Below the pieces are notes generated by a model that did no database searches, was not told where the DNA came from, and was given only the letters and a program-made list of their open reading frames with translations. Position numbers and translations under genes: made by a program. From a virus (Duplodnaviria > Heunggongvirae > Uroviricota > Caudoviricetes), in the IMG/VR virus record IMGVR_UViG_2537561928_000018: a stretch of DNA of 9,093 nucleotides. The stretch is one strand, 5' to 3'. Below are positions 1 to 4,988 of this stretch, piece by piece. Within the stretch, counting starts at the first letter, position 1. Each line of letters opens with the position of its first letter.

Positions 1-540
1 AAAAATACTTAACAGAACTACCAAGAAGAGAGGGAACGATAAGACCGGAGGTAGTGACCTTGTTAGACAGGCTGTTTCAAAGCTCTTAAGAATCTGTTAA
101 GTAAGGTCATGTGAACAATCTTACCATTTTGTCAATGCTTTTGTCTTTGACCTAAATCAATAAAATGTATCGTTTGATGTGCTTTTAAACAAAGTAGCTA
201 AAAAATCTTTTTAGAGGGGCGCTTCGCTTGGGGTCACTATGTTCTTTCTCTCCCGTTAAGAGGGGAGTTACAGGGCATTTCAAAGCCCTGATAAGGTAAG
301 CCCGATGATAACAGAAACAGAGGGCAAAACCACTTATCAACACTGTGAACGAATAACGTAAAGGGCTGGTTAAGAAAGTCGGTTTAGGGATTGGTAGATG
401 ATTCGGATGAAGCATCCTCATAACAATACCAATTAGAAGGGAGCTTCCCTCTCTGGGGTTATCGCTCTTCTCCCGCTTAGTGGATAGCTAAGAAGGCTTG
501 AAGTCATCTGTGAAGGTGCTGAACAGCTACTATATTGGGT

Positions 541-583
541 GATTGCAACTCGTTGAAAAATAAGCATTTTTAGAAATCACTGT
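541..583 (+). repeat. 43-bp imperfect direct repeat, copy 1 (partner at 638-680)
   Basis: Seen in sequence: gattgcaactcgttgaaaaataagcatttttagaaatcactgt versus aattacaacttattgaaaaataagaacttttagaaattactgt; about 36 of 43 positions identical by eye, same orientation, 97-bp period. Confidence 0.6.
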
Positions 584-637
584 TAAGGTTACAGAGTCAA
601 CTGTGAAGAGACTTGTCAGTTCTCTATATATATGGCT

Positions 638-680
638 AATTACAACTTATTGAAAAATAAGAACTTTTAGAAATTACTGT
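638..680 (+). repeat. 43-bp imperfect direct repeat, copy 2
   Basis: See copy 1; shared core ttgaaaaataag...ttttagaaat.actgt. Confidence 0.6.
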
Positions 681-761
681 CAGAGAGGTGAATACTTGAT
701 AGACACAGCTTTCTGGTTCTGTCAAGCTATTTTTTAATAGATAGCACAAAATGCTAAAGAT

Positions 762-790
762 ACCCCTGTACGAGATGGTATAGGGGTTTT
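762..790. terminator. Hairpin with T-run, possible intrinsic terminator
   Basis: acccctgtac / gtataggggt forms a roughly 10-bp stem (one G-T pair) with 6-nt loop gagatg, followed by tttt on the + strand; sits about 10 bp 3' of the stop of the minus-strand ORF 800-1012, so it could act on either strand. Not folded computationally. Confidence 0.35.
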
Positions 791-799
791 GAAGGGGGT

Positions 800-1012
800 T
801 TAACGGGGGTCCGTGTGGTCATTATCCTTAAGGTCAAGCGTCCATGTACGACCGAACAGTTTAAAGACAACAAGCACTCTGACGAGGACGTAGCGGAGTA
901 ACAGACCTGCAATCAGCCCGATACCTCCACCAGCCCATACATCAGGTGACCCCAGTTCAGGAGGGAGATTTACCATTAAATTTCCTGTGTGCAATGCAAT
1001 ACCATGTGACAT
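800..1012 (-). CDS. Hypothetical small protein with one hydrophobic segment (70 aa; alternative start at internal Met, codon 977-979, gives 58 aa)
   Basis: ORF track; hydrophobic stretch AGGGIGLIAGLLLRYVLVRVLVV; no clear SD before ATG at 1012, weak AGGA before the internal ATG; region looks GC-richer than its surroundings. Could be spurious. Confidence 0.3.
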   Translation of the reverse strand: MSHGIALHTGNLMVNLPPELGSPDVWAGGGIGLIAGLLLRYVLVRVLVVFKLFGRTWTLDLKDNDHTDPR

Positions 1013-1140
1013 ACATAGTTGATTCGGTTAGTTGGGCTTGTACCAACCCCTATCGAATAAACCTCATAGCCACGCCTTTATATTTTACTCTCCCCATAGA
1101 ACCATTATACCACAGATGTTAATAAAATGTTAAAAAATAC

Positions 1141-1179
1141 TTGACATTAGTCTTTGAAAATGCTAGTATTGTATATATA
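1141..1179 (+). promoter_or_regulatory. Sigma70-type promoter P1: TTGACA, 17-bp spacer, extended -10 TGcTAGTAT, then TGTATATATA box
   Basis: Seen in sequence: ttgaca at 1141-1146, tgc-tagtat at 1161-1169, tgtatatata at 1170-1179; located about 50 bp upstream of the 1221 start codon. Confidence 0.55.
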
Positions 1180-1220
1180 AGTTAACAGAATAATAACATC
1201 TTATGAGGGTCGGAACATGA

Positions 1221-1778
1221 ATGAGAGACGCAGAATTTAGAGCGATGCTTCAGGCATCGAGACAACGTAACAAGCACAACTCCTACGCTTACACAAACAA
1301 CCCAACCAGCTACGAACTACCCAAGCTCACCAAGAAAGAACGCAAAGGCATTGACGAAGTAATTCGTAGCATTACGCCACGAGACAGATTTATGCCAACC
1401 AGAAAGAGCACCCAGAACACTATTAAAAATTATCTGGCTAACTTTGATTCTTACGAGCAACTACCAAGTAAGCTTGATGATATTTTCATTGGATTCTGTA
1501 GAAGTGAAGGCCACCCGAAATACAACAAAAAACTATTTTATCTTCTAAAGAATCTTGACGAAATTAACGCAGCCAGCGTGACAAATTATCTTCAAAGACA
1601 AGCAACCAGACTTAGCCATGAATTACCAAGCGATAAATATTGCGCTTTGCTTGCTGTAATGTGTGCAAAGCTAATTGGTATTGTTGAACATCATATTGCC
1701 GTTGGGAATATTGAGCCAATGGAAAACGAGCAACCAGATTTCGAGTTTGACCCGTATTTAGTTACAGAGGAATTTTAA
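1221..1778 (+). CDS. Hypothetical protein, 185 aa, acidic C-terminal tail (first gene of coupled operon)
   Basis: ORF track; ATG start; GAGGG about 11 nt upstream; stop TAA directly abuts the next start codon (TAAATG). No family recognised. Confidence 0.7.
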   Translation: MRDAEFRAMLQASRQRNKHNSYAYTNNPTSYELPKLTKKERKGIDEVIRSITPRDRFMPTRKSTQNTIKNYLANFDSYEQLPSKLDDIFIGFCRSEGHPKYNKKLFYLLKNLDEINAASVTNYLQRQATRLSHELPSDKYCALLAVMCAKLIGIVEHHIAVGNIEPMENEQPDFEFDPYLVTEEF

Positions 1779-2057
1779 ATGAATAAACACACATTAACCC
1801 GTATTTCAGAGGAAGCTTTTAACGAGCTTACCAGAATTAAACGAGCTACTAACTTGCCTCATCAAACTGTAATGCAGCTTGCAATTGCTAAAGAGGTCAC
1901 TGAGTCGGATTTACTTAAATATCCAGTCTCTAAAGGTCGTAAGCACATCCGAATTACTCAGGACGCTTTAGATACTTTGAAGGCACTTAACGGCTTTAAG
2001 ATTGATATTGCCCGTCTATTGAGTCTTAAGATTCACAAGTTAGCGATGGAGGTTTAA
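1779..2057 (+). CDS. Putative DNA-binding protein with two ribbon-helix-helix-like repeats, 92 aa
   Basis: ORF track; SD GAGGAA 6 nt upstream; pattern HTLTRI-SEEAFNELTRIKRAT-NLP-HQTVMQLAIAK and a second HIRIT-QDALDTLKALNG-IDIARLLSLKIHK resemble strand-helix-helix units. Fold assignment is inference only. Confidence 0.6.
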   Translation: MNKHTLTRISEEAFNELTRIKRATNLPHQTVMQLAIAKEVTESDLLKYPVSKGRKHIRITQDALDTLKALNGFKIDIARLLSLKIHKLAMEV

Positions 2058-2272
2058 TGCTATGCGTTACCTTTGAATACCACACGGATAAAATGATTCG
2101 CCACATCTCCGACCTCCTGATTAAGGGAAACGGATTCGGTGACATCCATAACTCAAAAGATATTTTCATTAAAGCCATTGGCCCAAATGAAGTACTGAAA
2201 ACAGCAGTTAAACCGGAATGGTTTGAGCGTCACAAGATTGAATTAGGTTATTGGGGTGAGGAGGTTTTATGA
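2057..2272 (+). CDS. Hypothetical protein, 71 aa
   Basis: ORF track; start overlaps upstream stop (TAATG); GGAGG 4 nt upstream; stop overlaps next start (ATGA). Confidence 0.6.
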   Translation: MLCVTFEYHTDKMIRHISDLLIKGNGFGDIHNSKDIFIKAIGPNEVLKTAVKPEWFERHKIELGYWGEEVL

Positions 2273-2556
2273 AACCTTGGCATGAAGATGTTAGACGATA
2301 TTTTACAGAACACCTTATCTATGATGAATCCAGTGATTCCCTGTGCTGGTCTGATGGAGAGTCAGTCACGATAAATACCGACGACTACGGCAACAAAACA
2401 TTTAATATAGGCCGATATACTTTCTACGTGAAATATGTTGTCTGGTTCCTTTATCATGGCTATCAATCCAACAAGCAAATTATCCATCGAAATGGTAACA
2501 GAGCCGATACCAGACCAAAAAATCTTATGCAAGTCCGAGACTTTAAGAGAAATTAG
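2269..2556 (+). CDS. Minimal HNH-family endonuclease, 95 aa
   Basis: ORF track; SD GGTGAGGAGG 4 nt upstream; C-terminal motif IIHRNGNRADTRPKNLMQV matches the H-x-x-G-N...N-L signature of phage-type HNH endonucleases, preceded by YVKYVVWFLYHG; recalled family pattern, not searched. Confidence 0.7.
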   Translation: MKPWHEDVRRYFTEHLIYDESSDSLCWSDGESVTINTDDYGNKTFNIGRYTFYVKYVVWFLYHGYQSNKQIIHRNGNRADTRPKNLMQVRDFKRN

Positions 2557-2711
2557 AAAAATAGCTTCTCAGGCGCTCTCAATCGCATTCTAACGCAAAA
2601 AACTATCTTATTTTAGGGTGGGTAATACCACTGTACAGGCTACCCCTGAAAAAGACTGTTTAGCTCGTTACAGAGCGATTGAGGAGGTCTGGTAAAAAGG
2701 AGATTTTAAAA

Positions 2712-3035
2712 ATGAACAATTACCCATTACAGATTTTCGTTGATAACGACACCGCTATGATGATTCAGGCTTTCACTGATGTAGGTGTTAGCATTGACTT
2801 TGACAGGCTGTTAAGGCTAATGGCTGATAACTCAGAAGTAATTGAAGACTTTATTCAGTCGGTGGAGTTTAACGAGCCTCGAATGATGCTACCAATTATA
2901 GACAGCAACATGAAAAGATTGGTTATCGAGCAAACGAACAAATACAGTATTAGCCCTGAAAGATATCTCAAGGCAGCTATAGCAATTTTGTACGCTGACA
3001 ATATTTTGGTGACGGATTCGAAGGTGGTGCATTAA
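2712..3035 (+). CDS. Hypothetical acidic protein, 107 aa from the ATG (ORF track begins at TTG 2679)
   Basis: ATG at 2712 has SD AAGGAG 9 nt upstream, preferred over the TTG at 2679 which overlaps a GAGGAGG; D/E-rich; no family recognised. Confidence 0.65.
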   Translation: MNNYPLQIFVDNDTAMMIQAFTDVGVSIDFDRLLRLMADNSEVIEDFIQSVEFNEPRMMLPIIDSNMKRLVIEQTNKYSISPERYLKAAIAILYADNILVTDSKVVH

Positions 3036-3100
3036 TGGAATTGGTGATTATCTGTTTTGTATTGATTGGTATGATTGCAGGTGCATCTATTAAAGTATAA
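3035..3100 (+). CDS. 21-aa hydrophobic micropeptide MELVIICFVLIGMIAGASIKV (not in ORF track)
   Basis: Seen in sequence: ATG overlaps upstream TAA (TAATG); strong SD AAGGTGG 5 nt upstream inside the end of the preceding gene; one predicted transmembrane-length hydrophobic stretch; stop TAA at 3098-3100. Confidence 0.4.
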   Translation: MELVIICFVLIGMIAGASIKV

Positions 3101-3125
3101 ATGTTACCAATCTGTTAAAAAGCTG

Positions 3126-3164
3126 TTGACAAATAACCTTGAGCATGACATAATTGTATATATA
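3126..3164 (+). promoter_or_regulatory. Sigma70-type promoter P2: TTGACA, 17-bp spacer, extended -10 TGaCATAAT, then TGTATATATA box
   Basis: Seen in sequence: ttgaca 3126-3131, tga-cataat 3146-3154, tgtatatata 3155-3164; same architecture as P1. Confidence 0.55.
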
Positions 3165-3243
3165 GGGAGAGCAATTCTCCTTGAATTAAAATATTAATCG
3201 TCTCTACATCGATGATAACTATATTCTGAGTTGGAAAGGTGCA

Positions 3244-3420
3244 ATGCTTTTCGTCATGGCCTTTCAGGTTAGTCTGAGAGGCTATCTCAAAAAGTGCTTA
3301 ATCATTCATTCATTGAACCCTTTACAGCTTTGCCCTAATCATGAGTTAGGGCGTTTCTTTAAGAGTTTTCAAACAGAACTTTTAAAGAAAGTTTTTCCTG
3401 AAACTTCGTTAACGTTATAA
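3244..3420 (+). CDS. Candidate small ORF, 58 aa, basic (alternatively an untranslated leader or small RNA)
   Basis: ATG at 3244 with stop TAA at 3418-3420; lies between P2 and a hairpin at 3432-3473; SD weak (AAAGGTG only 2 nt from the ATG); just below the ORF-track length cutoff. Coding status uncertain. Confidence 0.25.
   Translation: MLFVMAFQVSLRGYLKKCLIIHSLNPLQLCPNHELGRFFKSFQTELLKKVFPETSLTL
3332..3360 (+). terminator. Terminator-like hairpin gccctaa / ttagggc with tail gtttcttt
   Basis: 7-bp perfect stem, 7-nt loop, T-rich tail; located inside the candidate 58-aa ORF or leader, so it may be an attenuator rather than a gene-end terminator. Confidence 0.35.
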
Positions 3421-3431
3421 AGCAAACCTCC

Positions 3432-3480
3432 AAAGCCCTTCACAGATGAGGATGAACCTATGTTTAGGGCTTTTCTTTAT
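3432..3480 (+). terminator. Terminator-like hairpin aaagccct / agggcttt with tail tctttat
   Basis: 8-bp stem but a large 26-nt loop, followed by a T-rich run; begins 12 nt after the stop of the candidate small ORF. Confidence 0.3.
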
Positions 3481-3573
3481 AGAGCATCTTTAATAAATCG
3501 TTAAGTCATCTTCTAAGTGTATTGGCGTTGAAGGTGCTCTATTAAGAAATAATCACACTTAGAGGAAATTATA

Positions 3574-4284
3574 ATGACAAATGATATTTACATTAATGGC
3601 AGAAAGGTTGATAGCTTCGGTGACTGGTCGCCACAGACTGAACATCCAGCTATCACTATTCAGCGTAAAGAACACGATGAAAGAATTAAGCTTGAGCAAT
3701 CGTTAAAGATGTCACCAAAGGTAATTTCCTTTGTGTCTCCTGAGCCTCAAGAAATGCCAGATATCTGCAAAAGTGAAGCACTATTTAATCTTGAGCGTGA
3801 ATATTACCCACAGTTAAAAGCACAGCGTATTAAACTTGATGACGCTTACAGCAAAGTTACCCTGATGCAATCAGCTATTGAGCCGTCAGAATTTGAGATT
3901 CAGGATGAATTGTCACAGAAACCATTTGTCTATTACCAATACGAAGATAATGATGGTTTTGGTACTTTTCCTGAGAATATCCCAGACGTGATTAATAATC
4001 TTCCTGACGGATATCGAATTGTGAAGATGGTTAAAGCTTCAAGGGGTGCTGGTCAATTTATTTATATGACTAATAAGAGCGATGAAGAACTCTGTGAACT
4101 TGCTAGACAGAACATCTTGGCATCACGTAACAAGCAACTTGAAAATGTTAAGTTGTATCTCTCAAGAGAGCTTCAGGCTATGAAAGAACTTGTTAGTGAA
4201 TATGAATCACAGAAGAAGATTGCTATGCAAGCCGATATTGAGCAGTTAATGAAGATTTCTCAGAAATATGCAAAGGCTATTTGA
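3574..4284 (+). CDS. Hypothetical protein, 236 aa
   Basis: ORF track; SD AGAGGAAA 5 nt upstream of ATG; predicted helical, charged C-terminal third; no family recognised. Confidence 0.75.
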   Translation: MTNDIYINGRKVDSFGDWSPQTEHPAITIQRKEHDERIKLEQSLKMSPKVISFVSPEPQEMPDICKSEALFNLEREYYPQLKAQRIKLDDAYSKVTLMQSAIEPSEFEIQDELSQKPFVYYQYEDNDGFGTFPENIPDVINNLPDGYRIVKMVKASRGAGQFIYMTNKSDEELCELARQNILASRNKQLENVKLYLSRELQAMKELVSEYESQKKIAMQADIEQLMKISQKYAKAI

Positions 4285-4292
4285 GGTGATTA

Positions 4293-4601
4293 ATGAATGA
4301 TTTAACAGAACGCGATAAAAGAATTAAAGGGGTGATGGAACCTTTTGAAGATAGGTTCAATGAAATTAAAACGACTCTTGGTGATATTCAGGAGGTCACT
4401 GAATATCTTATTGGTCGTATGGACGAAAAGCCTCTTGCCGAACTAAAGTGTGATGGTCGGGATGATTTAACGCGACTTCTTATCGAACTCAAGGATAAGA
4501 TAAATAAGCTTGATACTGTGTATTATCAAACTGGTCTTTCACTACGTTATGAAATTCAAAAGAATGAACGCGGTGTCGAGTGTATACACTACTTAGATTA
4601 A
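4293..4601 (+). CDS. Hypothetical protein, 102 aa, N-terminus MNDLTER
   Basis: ORF track; SD GAGG 6 nt upstream; N-terminus paralogous to the next gene. Confidence 0.7.
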   Translation: MNDLTERDKRIKGVMEPFEDRFNEIKTTLGDIQEVTEYLIGRMDEKPLAELKCDGRDDLTRLLIELKDKINKLDTVYYQTGLSLRYEIQKNERGVECIHYLD

Positions 4602-4626
4602 AATCGAATTAAAAAGGAGGTGGTGA

Positions 4627-4830
4627 ATGATTGATTTAACAGAACGCTATGAACTCATCAAGGCAATTAGTGAACGACTGAAAGAACAACCCAACAAACC
4701 AAAACGAATCAAATCATCCACCTCTAAGCAAAATAACAGAATCAGAAGAATCGCTAAATGGTGTCTTGATAAATTACCAAGTGATTGTCAGATTGTTGGT
4801 GAAGATGGCAATTATTATCTGGTTGGGTAA
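4627..4830 (+). CDS. Hypothetical basic protein, 67 aa, N-terminus MIDLTER
   Basis: ORF track; strong SD AAGGAGG 6 nt upstream; K/R-rich middle region. Confidence 0.65.
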   Translation: MIDLTERYELIKAISERLKEQPNKPKRIKSSTSKQNNRIRRIAKWCLDKLPSDCQIVGEDGNYYLVG

Positions 4831-4850
4831 AAAGATTGGTTGGGTAAAAA
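4821..4850 (+). repeat. Tandem repeat of ggttgggtaaaaa (2 copies, 17-bp period) overlapping the stop codon of the 67-aa gene
   Basis: Seen in sequence: 4821-4833 and 4838-4850 are identical 13-mers. Confidence 0.55.
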
Positions 4851-4855
4851 TCTAC

Positions 4856-4897
4856 GGGAGAGATTATCGAGTGACATCGGTAGTTTCTCCCTTTTTT
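4856..4897 (+). terminator. Hairpin gggaga / tctccc followed by tttttt, putative intrinsic terminator
   Basis: 6-8 bp stem, roughly 20-nt loop with internal complementarity, then a T6 run; lies between the 67-aa gene and the tape-measure-like gene. Confidence 0.45.
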
Positions 4898-4904
4898 GTA
4901 TGTG

Positions 4905-4970
4905 TGCTACGTGAAATCTGTAAAGCTAATACCCACACTGAAAAATAGAATTTACGTACAACACGCTTAA
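4905..4970 (+). promoter_or_regulatory. Conserved 66-bp intergenic element, copy A (upstream of the tape-measure-like gene)
   Basis: Shares the ordered blocks tgctacgtgaaatct ... atacccac ... aaaaat ... tttacgta ... cacgcttaa with copy B at 7049-7114; first 15 nt identical. Confidence 0.5.
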
Positions 4971-4988
4971 AGAGGTGAAATATGAACA

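Noticed and set aside
1-110. Possible 3' end of an upstream + strand gene
   Set aside because: An open frame runs to a stop at about 107-109, but it is too short to assess and has no recognisable motif.
185-421. 78-aa ORF on the minus strand
   Set aside because: Lies in the structured non-coding region, has no recognisable SD and an odd composition; more likely a chance ORF.
200-520. Retron-like or other reverse-transcriptase-associated non-coding RNA
   Set aside because: No reverse transcriptase gene is present anywhere in the window, and I could not identify the expected flanking inverted repeats.
541-680. CRISPR array
   Set aside because: Only two imperfect copies, AT-rich, no regular repeat-spacer structure, and no cas genes in the window.
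4293-4830. Tail assembly chaperone pair made by programmed frameshift
   Set aside because: The two ORFs are separated by 25 bp, each has its own SD and ATG, and I saw no overlapping slippery site; they look like paralogous independent genes.
4766-4948. 60-aa ORF overlapping the end of the 67-aa gene
   Set aside because: Overlaps a better-supported gene in another frame and runs through the tandem repeat and terminator hairpin.
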